Positions 41,930 through 54,267 of a stretch of DNA of 64,000 nucleotides are shown here, piece by piece. The position numbers and the translations under genes are program-made. Within the stretch, counting starts at the first letter, position 1. The number at the start of each line of letters is the position of its first letter. Source of the DNA: Octopus sinensis (Eukaryota); assembly GCF_006345805.1 (NCBI RefSeq), contig NC_043002.1:22568001-22632000 (forward strand). The letters are read 5' to 3'. The notes under the pieces were generated by a model. The model was not told the DNA's origin. It did no database searches and saw only the letters and a program-made list of their open reading frames with translations.

Positions 41930-42599
41930 TTATGCGTATATATGTGTATAAATACGCATACACACATACATACACGCACGCGTGTGTAAATATTTTTCAG
42001 CGTATATATAGGTGTGTAGAATGTGTGTATGTTATTGCATGTGCTGGGAACTGTCAGTGTGTGGGAAGAATCCATGTGTGCATGCGTATGTGTGTTTGAC
42101 TGTTTGTTTGTGTGTGTGTGTGTTTGTGTGTTTGTGTGTGTGTGTGTTTGTGTGCTTGTGTGTGTGTGTGTGTGTGTGTGTGAATATCTCAAGGAACAGC
42201 TGTATTTCAACATAGAAACATAGTAGGATGTTGGTGGTAGATTCCACGTGTTATGTGCAGCTGTTTTGATGCATGTGGGCAGGCAGGCAGGTAGGTTAGT
42301 AGGTAGGTAGGTAGGTAGGTAGGTAGGTAGGTAGGTAGGTAGGTAGGTAGGTAGGTAGGTAGGTAGGTAGGTAGGTAGGCAGGTAGTTAGGTAGGTAGGT
42401 AGGTAGGTAGGTAGGAATGCAGGCAAAAATGCAAGCAAACAGACAGGTGGGAAGTTAGCAAGTGGGTAGCTACGGCGGTACATGGCTATTTGGGAAGATT
42501 CTGTTAGTGACAAATCGAGGTTTGATCATCTAGAACTTCAAACTATGTCCATCAAGATTTTTGCTGTCATAGTGTACCTTGGATAACATTATCCTATGT

Positions 42600-42780
42600 A
42601 TTGTTAAAATTTATAGCAAAACAAAAAATGAATACAGGTGTACGAACAATAAGCAAGTGTATTAGTTTGACGCTCGGAAAAAATGAAAAAGTCTTTTACG
42701 TTTCGAGCCTACGCTCTTCAATAGAAAGGAATAAGAGAAAATAAACAGGGAAAGAATGAAAAAAACTTGTAGATTCCAGC
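42600..42780 (-). mobile_element. Second copy of the 23718 family with a hammerhead-like motif at 42693-42728
   Basis: Minus strand reads CTTT CTATTGA A GAGC gtag GCTC GAA ACGT A AAAG. Confidence 0.6.
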
Positions 42781-42925
42781 ATGGCGACCCCTGTTTATGA
42801 TATAGAGTGAGACCTGAGAAAGATTTGGATTCCTTGCCTAGGTCGAGCAGCTGTACAGAGATTCTCGTATATAGGTAGATAAACTGGTAGGTGTGTCAGT
42901 GGTTAGGTTGATAAAGGTAGGTTAG

Positions 42926-43125
42926 AGTAAAGGTAAAGGTTACCTTCTCGAGTCATACCGACTCATAAAGGCTGGTTTCCCGCTTTCCTGGTTTCCATGA
43001 CATATATATATTTCCCACCTGGGCAGGACGCCGGTCCGTCGCAGGATAACTCATTTTTGCAATCAGAGTGAACGGGAGCAACGTGAAGTGAAGTGTCTTG
43101 CTCAAGAACACAATGCATCGCCCTT
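42926..43125 (-). mobile_element. SINE family E (second copy at 43450-43680)
   Basis: The two loci share ttc.cgagtcata..gactcata..g...ggtttc and caggacgccggtccgt.gca..ggagcaacgt..aa...gt.ttgctcaagaacaca. Confidence 0.7.
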
Positions 43126-43149
43126 AACCAATGGACTAAGAAGCTAGTG

Positions 43150-43420
43150 TAGACATCTCTGCCCTGAGTGAGATGAAGCTCTTTGTTAACTTGGTTGGTG
43201 ATTGTTATAACTTATTCTGGAAAGGCTTTTCTATAGAGAACATCATCAGCTTTGCATTGGCTTTGTTGTTGAAGAACAGTCTACTGACTGAAACACCGGT
43301 CAGCATTAGCGAGCGGTTAATTTGACTTCCTACTTCTCTTGTAGAAAGCCTGCAGGTCACATAATTGAATGTCTATGCACCAACTCTGTATTCTGAAAGT
43401 ACAAAGAAATCTTCAATGAA
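43150..43420 (+). mobile_element. RTE apurinic endonuclease fragment
   Basis: VDISALSEMKL..YNLFWKG..ISERLI..NVYAPTL matches the APE motifs DIAALSETR, FFWKG, SERLM and AYAPTL. Confidence 0.75.
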
Positions 43421-43789
43421 AATAAGGATTAAAATACTTAAACAAGGATAAAAAGGTCCTTCCCGAGTCATACAGACTCATAGAGCCGGTTTCTCAGTTT
43501 CTCTGATGTATAAATTCCTCACTTTGACAGGACGCCGGTCCGTTGCAAGAAGGATTGGACCGGAGCAACGTCAAATAAGAGTTTTGCTCAAGAACACAAC
43601 ACGTTACCCAGTCCAGAAATTGAAACAACAATCTTACGACCATGATTCCAACACCTTTAACTACTAAGCCCCATGCTTCTACGACTATATAAAGGCGAAG
43701 TCATTCAGATATGTGTTCAAGAGTAGGAGAGAAATGAACAAGATCTGGGATGAAGTGATCATAGAAAAAGCTAAGAGGGATGATATCAA

Positions 43790-43839
<50 letters not shown>

Positions 43840-43917
43840 ATCATGACCGTAACAATGTCAGCGTCTTTGAGAACACATTATCTCATGGATTCAACATAGA
43901 TTCCACTACCTGCATTA

Positions 43918-44330
43918 TATTTATTTCTTTATTACCCAGAGGGGGCTAAACATAGAGGGGACAAACAAGGACAGACAAACGGATTAAGTCGATTACATCG
44001 ACCCCAGTGTGTAACTGGTACTTATTTAATCGACCCTGAAAGGATGAAAGGCAAAGTCACCTCGGCGGAATTTGGACTCAGAACGTAGCGGCAGGCGAAA
44101 TAACTATTTCTTTCCTACCCACAAGGGTAGAGGACAAACAAGGACAGACAAATGGATTAAGTCGATTATATCGACCCCAGTGCGTAACTGGTACTTATTT
44201 AATCGACCCCGAAAGGATGAAAGGCAAAGTCGACCTCGGCGGAATTTGAACTCAGAACGTAGCGGCAGATGAAATACCAGCTAAGCATTTAGCCCGGCGT
44301 GCTAACATTCCTGCCGGCTCACCGCCCTCA
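43918..44330 (-). mobile_element. Two tandem SINE family A copies
   Basis: ggacaaacaaggacagacaa...gcggaattt..actcagaacgtagcggcag occurs twice. Confidence 0.9.
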
Positions 44331-44418
44331 TAATGAAATAAATAAAAGCATGTATAATATTAGGTGAAGAAGATCCTTTTTTCCCTTCTAAAGTTATTTT
44401 TTCTTATTTAATCTCTTC

Positions 44419-46387
44419 TTGTTGCCTCCGCCTTCACAAAGGCAGAGGTATTCTTTTCAGTCGTGTTTGCTTCAGGGATGTGACTGGCACAAACTGATTA
44501 GATTTTGGGATCTGTTTTTTTATTACCCATAAAGGGCCAATATAGAGGGACATACATTATGTTGGGGACATACAACAATTACAAAAAATAGAATAAAATG
44601 AAACGTATGATATAATGAAAGATGTAGAAAATTAAAAAATGAAAATGGTGTTACCTGCCCCATCAAGTAACATCACTCGCTTCCTTTCTCCTGTTGTCCA
44701 TTATATCTAAGTTATACCTCTTTTTCAGTTCTTTAAATTCAATACTCTGTGGAAGCTTTTCCTTGTCAAAGTCAATCTTCCACAGTTCATACTCCCCGTT
44801 GTGCCTCTCTACTTCCATCCTTTGCTGTTCCGTTAATATCAGCACCACACCGACCACTCCGTCCTCATCCTCTACATCAACATGAACCGTGTTCTCCCAT
44901 TCAATTGCCTTTTCAAACAGGTCCTCACCATATATTATACACGCAAAACAGGGAGGGGATATTTGGGTCTCATTGTGTGAATGTGATCTTTTCTTTTGTT
45001 TTTGTGATAGAGGGGAATGGGAAGGCTTAGTTTCTGCAGGGCGAGTGAGGAACAAAGAGGGTAATGGGTGGGCCTTGGGTAATTGTTGGGTGAAGTTCTG
45101 TGTGTATCGGACTTGTCTTTTTCCTCTTCCTTCTCTTTCTTTTTCACATTTTTTCCCATTCTTCCTCTTTTTCTGGATCCATTTCTTCCTCCTCCTCTTG
45201 TCCTTCCTGGGGCTTCTCTTGTGTCTTCTTCTTGTAATTCCTCCACTCTTTTATCCGGTGGAGGGCATTTCGCTCTTCTGTGGTCCTTCTGGCCACATTG
45301 GAAACAGCGATGTATTCTGCCTTCCACCCTTACATTCATTATAGTATCGTTTACAGTCACCGTTTCCACCATTTCTTCTATTGCCTCATTTGAACCTTGA
45401 ATTAGCATGTTTAAAACTTGGCCTTTCCAATTCACGCTTTTCGTTTTCGTGGCCTAGAGCACCGCTATTTTTTCCTCAATTTCAGCCAAAACAGTGGCCG
45501 CTATCCAGGCTACATCTATTTCTGGTGGAATTCCTTCTACCCTTCCCCGAGACGCTCTCTGTCCCAGGTACATGGGTAGAAGTACTAACTCTTCATGCCA
45601 CGTGTTTTTTCGCCGTATTTTCATATATGTACCTAACTTCGACTTCTCCAAATTTCGCCCCTCTGGCAAGATATGTTATTTCTTACCAGACTGGCCTCAG
45701 CACCTTCTCCACTTGCTCTGTTGTCATGTGGTCAATTTTACCTTTCTTAACCGAGTAGGTCTTGTACATCACCGTTCTTCTTTGCATTATTTCTTTTGTT
45801 TCATGCAGTGGGGGTTACTTTCACGTTGTAACCGCCCCGACTTAATAATTTCTTGAATTTACCTATATCTATCTCCACATTGTCATCTGACTCTCGGGCG
45901 ACGTCCGCGAACTTCCTCTTTCTTCCTTCCAATTCCATGTCCATAAAATCAATAGACCTCAAAAGTTCTTGCTCAGATGTTGAAAGCTCCGACCCGCTAA
46001 GGTCTGAGTAAAATAAATTTCTTTTGTCAGCCATCGCAAACTCTCAATGAGGGAAAGTAAGAACAAATGCTGCAATGCAGCACACAACAATTAAAACTTC
46101 ACAAAAGCAATTCGACAGAAAATACCAAGAAAAAAAAACTACTACATACTCGGACGAACTGATTAGATTTTGGGATCGATCCGGTGCCGGACAAAGATTC
46201 GGGATTATTTTTCCGTTTTTTTTTACTTAATTTTTGAGAGCGGTTGGGTTCATTTTTAGTATTTTCGTTTGTGAGAGCAGTCGAGTTTATTTCAGATATT
46301 CTTATTTTAAAAATCATCTCTACCTAATCGTTGAGAGGACGTTGGTGTTGCCTTGGTGGAGGCTTGCACTTTCTCAGTGCTGTTATT
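44419..46387 (+). mobile_element. Helentron-associated non-autonomous element (HINE/DINE-like), split by a retro-insertion
   Basis: 5' subTIR and hairpin cctccgcc-ttcacaaa-ggcagagg (44425-44448). 3' subTIR ccttggtggagg (46351-46362) followed by hairpin gcact-ttctc-agtgc and a T-rich end. Confidence 0.65.
44513..46156 (-). mobile_element. Complete ORF1-only (gag-like CCHC) non-autonomous retroelement, Tx1-like
   Basis: 21-bp TSD AACTGATTAGATTTTGGGATC at 44492-44512 and 46157-46177. About 120-nt 5' UTR, ATG at 46034. Frameshifted ORF1 pieces to 44663, including VRVEGRIHRCFQCGQKDHRRAKCP. 3' UTR ends gggtaataaaaaaa. No EN or RT. Confidence 0.85.
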
Positions 46388-46461
46388 GCTGTTATTTTAA
46401 CAATTTTCAGTTCCACCGTTAAAAAAAGATTTAATATATATATTGATTTCAAATTTTGGTA

Positions 46462-46652
46462 CATGGTCAACAGTTTCAGATGACGTGGTAAGTTCAATCG
46501 TATCGATCCCAATGCGGAACAGGTACTTATTTCATCAATCCCGAAAGGATAAAAGGTGAATTCGACCTCGGCAGAATTCGAACTCAGAACCTAAAGAGAG
46601 GTGAAATGCTGCTAAGCATTTTGCCCATCGTGCTAACCATTCTGCCAGCTCA
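46462..46652 (-). mobile_element. SINE family A
   Basis: ggtacttatttcatcaatcccgaaaggataaaaggtgaattcgacctcggcagaattcgaactcagaa. Confidence 0.8.
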
Positions 46653-46653
46653 C

Positions 46654-46699
<46 letters not shown>

Positions 46700-46721
46700 C
46701 ACACACACACACACACACACG

Positions 46722-46770
<49 letters not shown>

Positions 46771-46987
46771 TGAGAGAGAGAGAGGGGGAGAGAGGGAGAG
46801 AAAACAAATATATATATATACAGTCATGCATACATATGTGTGTGGGTTCATGCATTTATGATGATAGTCCAATGGCTTGAATCAATAAGAAGATAATTAG
46901 AAACACTCACATAACTACATATACACACACATATATATATACGTAAACACACACACACATATGCGTGTATGTGTGAGTGTGTAGGTG

Positions 46988-47028
<41 letters not shown>

Positions 47029-47313
47029 GCCAAATCATCTCTCTGCGTATGCATGTAGGTGTATATATGTATGTGTATATATATATTTGTGCATGTATCT
47101 GCATTGATGCGGCTGTCTGGGTGGCAATGTTGCTCACAGTCTGTATATTTTACTGTGCATTGTGTTAATAAACATCCATGTTATACATTGATAAACACCC
47201 ATTCGATTGTTTATACATATGCAACTCTCGGGTTATCTATCTATATATAACCCTTTACTCCCGCAACACACGAACATATGCAGAAGATACGCTTAAACAT
47301 ATACACATGTCCA

Positions 47314-47405
<92 letters not shown>

Positions 47406-47516
47406 TGTATGTATGTATGTATTTTTGTATGTATGTATGCATGCATGTATGTAATTATAAATACATACATACGCGTATACATACATATATATATATATAC
47501 ACATATATATACATGC

Positions 47517-47570
<54 letters not shown>

Positions 47571-48119
47571 TTTTATTTATGTACATGTGTGTATGTGTAT
47601 TCCTGGTTAACAGCGTTTTGTTTGAATACAACGCTACTATAGAATACGGCTGTAGATATTTTTAACCACCACTCTTACGTATAGACAGATGCAAACACCT
47701 TGTCTTATGTAGAATATCTTCGTCGAAAAAGAAAAAGAAGGATCAGCCAGCAGCTAGCCTAGTATCAATATTTATTGGAATTTCATCAGTGACAGAATAC
47801 CATCTTAAATTGTCAACAGTGGCATTAATTATAAAATCTTTGTAACAAAGGGCTTATCTAGAGTTAGGATCAGATACCTCAATAGCTTAAGTTTCAAATG
47901 TTCACAGCTCTTTATGATTTTGCTACAACAAAAAAAACGCTCTCAGCGCGATTACCAGCGGTGTTAACTAAATGTATTGGTTAAAAAGACACAATCACTG
48001 AAGAAATTCCATAACAGGATTGAAACGAATCTATCTGTTCCTGCTTTTACTACAGTCCCCCAAAAAATATTTTGTTATTAATGTGTTTACATACAGTCGT
48101 GGAATTAAGGCGTTTTGCT

Positions 48120-48385
48120 TATTGCTTAGGCTATTCCGCTGACGATCATAAGGCCGTGAGTTCGATCTTCGGTGGTACGTTGTCTCCTTGAGCAAGACAT
48201 TTTATTTCGCGTTTTCCCTGTCCACTCAGATAGCAAAAATGAGTTGTACATGTAATTCATAGAGCCAGTCTTGTCACATACTTTCTCATGCTGATTCTCC
48301 CTGAGAACTACGTTAAAGTTACATATGTCTGAGGAGTACTCAGCCACTTGCTCGTGAATTTCATAAGCAGGTTGTTCTGTTGATA
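48120..48385 (+). mobile_element. SINE family D variant
   Basis: gtgagttcgatctt..ccttgagcaagacattttatttcgcgtt..gtccactcag. Confidence 0.65.
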
Positions 48386-48462
48386 GGATCAACTGGAACA
48401 TTGGTCGTCGTAATTCACGGAATACCAGTTTATAGTTATACATATATAGCTTTATATATGCG

Positions 48463-48496
<34 letters not shown>

Positions 48497-48642
48497 CATA
48501 CATACAAGCACACACATATATACACACACACACACATACACACACATATATATATATCCATCCATATGCGCATACTCCTACATGTACGCACTTCGGCGTA
48601 GGTATATCCATCCATCCATCCATACATACATACATACATACA

Positions 48643-48673
<31 letters not shown>

Positions 48674-48999
48674 GTACATACATGCATAGATACATGCATG
48701 CATACATACGTACAGACAGACAGATAGACACACACACTCACACATATACACACAGGCACACAGTTCTCTTGTTTGCCCACTTTGAGAGTAATTTTCATTG
48801 ACGTTAACAACTTTTCTTCCATTTCTTGTTTAATTTTAATGCATTGACATTTTTGTTTCCGGCTCAGCTTATCAAATATCGTATCCTGCACTTCTTCTTC
48901 AAGCATGAGGCATGCCTTGAGAATTTTCTAACATCACCACTCTAAATTGTCCACAAACACTATATAGTATCTGAAGCAAAAGCGCATCGGAAATTGAAT

Positions 49000-49800
49000 T
49001 GATGGGAATCATACTGAAGGACAGTTAAATGCTAACGTAAACCTGCGTTAACCAGAAGAAGGTAGTGAGCATGTACAGGAGCATCTGAAAAGGTAAGTCC
49101 ATCTAAGTCAGCGTCTTCTGTCGCTTCATCTACGATTCGGTTGATGTGGCTCTGTTTAGTTCTCAGGGAAGAGAAAAACTGCTAAAAGTTGAAAACAGTA
49201 GTGGCCAGTTTCACACAGGAATGTAGAGACGAAGCGTTTCTTGAAAGGTCGGATGGAGCTAATTAGCGCCTGCTTCGCTTTTTGTGTGTATAAACTGTTT
49301 GAATTTCGTGACATGTTTCGGAGGAAACATGTGACAGTATAGGAGCGTAAGCTGTTTCGTAGGTTATGCAAAAGACAAGTCCCATTAATCAGGAGGGTCG
49401 TCTGCTCTAAAGATCAACAGAGTGGGGTCTCGGCATGCCTTGGTAGTTGATGTACAAATAATGGTCGTTCACTGTTGAGTTGTGAGTTTATATTCGAACA
49501 GATGTTCTTATGAAGGACAGACCCAGCTATCACCCGAGACTATCGTAAAGATAGTTCCCCCGTCTTTCTTTGTAAGAACGAGTCGTCATGCTCTACTTGG
49601 TGGCTACGACAAAGAGAATTGTGCGGTGAACGCAGGTGAAAAATTTGAAGACGGAGCTTTTTTTTTTCGGATTAACCAAGTCTACATCTGCTTCTTCAAA
49701 TATCAGTTGAAAAGGAAGGTGAGGATAGAGAGGAAGGTGCTGCTCCTTATAAATTCTATGAAATATGGGCGAGAGTATCAGTATTGGAGTATTTAATGGG
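49000..49800 (+). mobile_element. Decayed Tx1-like LINE fragment
   Basis: LKGRMELISAC..ERKLFRRLCKRQVPLIRR, and LSPETIVKIVPP..FFKYQLKRKVRIER (ORF 49482-49796), parallel the 27195 element. Confidence 0.65.
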
Positions 49801-50399
49801 CCAGCTCTAAATGTGCTACAATAGACAGATAGTAAGACATGAATGGAGTCACTTATCTTTAATATACCAGTACAATTCGGGAATTTGGGAAGAGTGTTCC
49901 CACTCGTTCTGTGGTTGTCTCCCCTTTGGTTGTTCTCTTTATTAGTAGGCGCAGTATGTACGAGTGATTAAAAACTTCCTTTTACAGCCACAAGGTCTTA
50001 GATTTTATCCCACTACGTAGCATCTTGGACAGTTATTTCCTTCACCTCCGGGTCAACCCACACTTTATGAGTAAGACTGGGTAGACAAAAACTGTATAGA
50101 AGACCACCGAGTTCGCTGTACCTTTAATTCATAAGGTACATCCTTGTTGCATACACGCAATACCATACTGACTCTGCCCGAGAAATATGCTAAGGGTATG
50201 TCTGTGAAATACTCAGTAACTGATGTATTAATTCAGGAGCAGGTAATTCAGTTGGCTGAACAACTTAATCCTCGTTGCCAGATGACGGAGGCCCGCGATT
50301 TATTGTTATTTATTGTCATTGCTAATTTCCCTTTTGACTCGATGTAAATCTCCCACTGTTTTGGTAATTCACCCTCTGTACTGTCCCCGACGTGGCGTC

Positions 50400-50950
50400 G
50401 TGGTAGGGTGGGTGTGGCGATGGCGGTGGCATGGGTAATGATACTATAGTGGTACGGTGGAGGTGATGGTATGGGGGGGGGTAATGGTGGTGGTGGTGAT
50501 TTTTTTAAGATCATTTTCCAGTGACAGTGATGAGAGGTTGGAAATGTCACAGGCACACGGTGTAACAATACGATTAAAAAGTTCCGATTGCTCATCACTG
50601 CAATCATACACGCCGCCAAGGCTACCGCCAACACCACCACAACCAGCAGCAGCAGCAACAACAACAACACCAACAACACCACACCACTACTACAACAACG
50701 ACGATGACAATGAGGTCCACTACCATCACCACCACTACCGCCGCTACTACAACCACCACCCTCACTACCACGCCAGCACTAATGTCACATCAGAACAACA
50801 CCGCCAACATTACAACCACACCACAGTCACTACTACTACTACTTCTACATCACCACAAGGCCATCACAGTTTTATCACCACCACCACTACCACTACCACC
50901 ACAACGCTCAACCAGCACACCACAATCAAATCTGTAGAAAACCACCCCAA
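50400..50950. repeat. (CAC)n/(CAA)n/(GGT)n cryptic repeat
   Basis: Directly visible. Confidence 0.85.
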
Positions 50951-51519
50951 TGCTACTGCAAGCATTAGCATGCTACCATTATTACTGCTTCTATCAACAA
51001 CAAAGAGTGAGCCTCTACGTGGTAGTTTAACCTGCTAGAAATAACAGTACATCCCTTCAGCATAACGTCCGACCTTAAAAAAAGGAAAGACATGTTGAAT
51101 AACACAGGTCTGCGAAATGGAACTTTTCGAAAATTGTTTTAATCGTTGTGTTACTTTTTATATTTTTGTGGAGCTAATTGAAAATATTTGAAAAACTCTT
51201 TCCCATAATCAAAGGTTTTTTGATAATTCAATAATAAAATATACAAAATTTGTAGGTAATTCCATATATGGTAGGACAAAATGAAATAGAAATTAATTTT
51301 ATATTTAATTTAGAAAAATAAAATGGCACAAGTGTAACTGAAAGGTGGGAAAAATGGGCTCTCAAAAAGGATTTATTCCCTTTTTTTTTTGGTTCAGCAC
51401 TTTAGAATCTCTTTTTTCATTTGGAAACTATACCTGGAGCTCTTTCGCTTGTAAACATTTGATGAGCATTCACGATGCAACATCTAGCAACAGTCGGCCA
51501 TCATACAGGTTTCAAACTT

Positions 51520-51705
51520 CGGCACAAGGGCATAATTATTTTGTTTTTTCGGGGCTGGGGGGTGGAGTAGCTTATTACAACAACTCCAGTGCTCAACTGG
51601 TACTTATTTTATCGACTCCGAAAAGATGAAAGGCAAAGTCGACCCCGGTGGCATTTGAACCCAGAACCCAGAACTTAAAGATGGACAAAATGCTTTGCGG
51701 CATTT
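51520..51705 (-). mobile_element. SINE family A nested in the Chapaev-like element
   Basis: ggtacttattttatcgactccgaaaagatgaaaggcaaagtcgacc. Confidence 0.8.
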
Positions 51706-53528
51706 TGCGAATGTGCCCGCTTGCCGCCTTATAGTCAGCCATCATATTGGCATTCCATCTTCTTTCCATCTCCTTTATGTCTTGATAAAATCTTCCCCCC
51801 TGCTCCTCACTCACATTCCCCGGATTTCCCAGAGAGAAATCCTAATGGGTATGTAAGAAATGAACTTTAATGCTCATTTTACATCCTAAGGCCTCGAACT
51901 TTTCCTGCATTCTTTCCACTGTGTCTTTGTGGTTAGGATCCGTGTGATTACCCAAGAAGTTCTTCATCACACCTTTAAAACTAAACCATGCATCTTTTTC
52001 AGGATCGCTCGGAGAGTTTTCAAATCACTTGACGAATTTCCTTATATCTAGTCCTCCAAATACACTCTCTTCGGCCTTGATCTCCGATAGAGTAGGAATC
52101 TGGCTACGCAAATACTCGAATCCTTCTCCATCTTGCGGTAAAATTTTTACAAATTGTTTCACGAGGCCAAGTTTTATATGTAGAGGAGGTAGAAGTACCT
52201 TTTTCGGATCAGCCAAACTTTTTCGAAGGCTATTTATTTTTTTTTATTGTCCAACAACGTGCAAATTATTCTCTAGTTGCCACAAACCATCCAGTTCTGA
52301 TCTTTGAATTTAATCTTGTGCAAGAGTGACACTAAATTTTCATATGTTTCTTTCATGATCACTGCGTGTCCAACAAGGATGGAAGTATGCTTATTCCCAT
52401 TATGCCGTCGAACAACTTTAAGACTTCTCTATGAAGAGTCCATAAAGGGTCTCCTTTCATCAAGGTTGTAGCTTGCTTATTAGGCCTAATAGATCTGTAC
52501 AGACTAAATCATTTTCTTTAGAGAAACAGGGCAGATCTATTTTTTCGCGATTGCGATGCCAATAGAATGACGCGCGAGGAGCTAAAAGATTCTTGAATTT
52601 AAGACTGGAACCTAAGTTCTGCTGACTCCTTTACGAGCCTTAAGTCCCTCACCAGATCATTTATTTCACACTGGTTAAATAGTTGAGGTTCTTTACCTTT
52701 ACTGCTATTGAAACCATTGCTATTTCTGTCCTCTTACTCAGAACTCAAGGGCATGTCTTCAAGGTTTCCTGGTGGTGATGGGACTGGAGAGTCTGATCCA
52801 TGGGCAACAGGTCGCAATGCATAGGGGAGATTTGGATAAACAATATTTATCCCATTCTTCGAATTGTATCCCTGCACCTTAAATAACTAAAAGTAGCAGT
52901 CATCACTGTGGGTTTTAGGTTGTCTCCATATCATTGGAACCCCAAAACGAAAGGACTTCTTTGTATACATTTTTTCCATTGTCTCAGTATTTCAACACAA
53001 ATTGAGCAGGCCTTATGTAGACCCATTTCCTATCTTGGTCTCCTAATTTTAGACTAAAGTAGGCATAGGAAGATTTTTTGAGAAATTCATTAATGTTCCT
53101 TTGAAGTTTCTTAGTCATAAATTCGCCAAAAATGTAGCAAAAGTTATCCGAGCTCGCTGCACACCTTCCAGAAGACGTTCTTGCTTCAGGTGATGTGAAG
53201 GTCTGTAAAGAAAGTGGAAGGGGACATTTTTTAACAGCATATATCTGACTTACCATCTAAATGTTTACATAATATCATTAAAGAAACATTGAAATATAAC
53301 ATGTGATACAATAAAACAATGTATGCAGTATATATATATACATTTAGAAAAAGGGCATGAGGAAATAACTGAAAAAATAAAAATATATTACGGAGATGTA
53401 CTTGCATAGCGAGTGACTTGATCTGAGATCGTATGCTGGAACGAAAGCAATTGCAGCGTGGAAGGTGTTTATAAGCCATTTAAGAAACACACAAAATCCG
53501 TTAGATTCACTTCAACATTTAAATTTAA

Positions 53529-53579
53529 TTTGTCAAAATATTTTCGTCGCTTTGAGACCGCGACCTGTTCACTGACAAA
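53529..53579 (-). ncRNA. Type I hammerhead-like motif, G3:C8 variant
   Basis: Minus strand reads TTTGTCA GTGAACA G GTCGC ggtctcaaa GCGAC GAA AATATT T TGACAAA. 7-bp stem I, 5-bp stem II, palindromic stem III, UUU triplet. Confidence 0.7.
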
Positions 53580-53613
53580 TGTATATATATACTGCTCAGA
53601 TGCAGCACGAAGT

Positions 53614-53664
53614 TCTGTCAGGGAACAGGTCGCGGTCTCAAAGTGATGAAAATATTTTGACAAA
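53614..53664 (+). ncRNA. Degraded second copy of the G3:C8 hammerhead-like motif
   Basis: TCTGTCA GGGAACA G GTCGC ggtctcaaa GTGAT GAA AATATT T TGACAAA. U4G change plus CpG decay. Confidence 0.55.
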
Positions 53665-54267
53665 TTAAATTTAAATGTTGAAGTGAATCTAACGGTTTTG
53701 TGTGTTTCTTAAATGGCTTATAAACACCTTCCCACGCTGCAATTGTTTGTAAAAATATTTTTTTTAACATAAACGTGGCCTTGTAAAGTACGTCTTTCTC
53801 GTGTCACTGCTTGCGGGTGGCTGTAGCTACAGTAATGCAGGCACCTCTCTGTATAACCGAAGCGGCCTAAACGTTGCCAAATGCTTATTTTCCTAAATTA
53901 AGCCTATTAGTTATACTGTTATATACTATTTAAATACGGTGGTTTATAGTGATAATAAAAGACAATACTCAAATTCGGGCATACTGGTAAATGACAATGA
54001 TCGATTTTGTAAAGAAACTGTACGCGATTGGATAGTTTCTTTCTAGTTTTTGAAATCAACAGGTCTAAAAATTTATGAATTTTTTTCACCCAATAAATGT
54101 AAAGCAAATTTTGGTCGCAGACCCGTGTAATATATCCCAAAGATACAAAACACACACACACACAAACAGAGTTGCCATGGTTGGAAAGCTTTAATCATTA
54201 GTCTCCTTTTTCAGAGTTGATTCGAAACTAAACAACAGCAAAGTCACCAACAATAATAAAACCGTCA

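Larger units (their letters stand above)
53388..53745. mobile_element. Inverted-repeat element (132-bp arms) carrying hammerhead motifs, Penelope-like
   Basis: Arms 53448-53579 and 53614-53745, 34-nt spacer, about 60-nt unique 5' tail. Nested in the Chapaev-like element. Confidence 0.75.
51103..54127 (-). mobile_element. Full-length Chapaev(3)-like DNA transposon, decayed transposase at about 51730-53200
   Basis: Short TIR CAC(A/G)GGTCTGCGA at 51103 and 54127, flanked by TAA on both sides. Motifs NFCYIFGE..KLGDQD, FGVPMIWRQPKTHSDDCYF, LPPLHIKLGLVKQFVK and SEEQGGRFYQDIKEMERR..MMADY. The superfamily name comes from memory of this motif set. Confidence 0.7.

Noticed and set aside
50270-50390. 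WW-domain-like peptide ELPKQWEIYIESKGK..VIWQR on the minus strand
   Set aside because: The W-W spacing is too long, the central aromatic pair is missing and there are no convincing splice sites.
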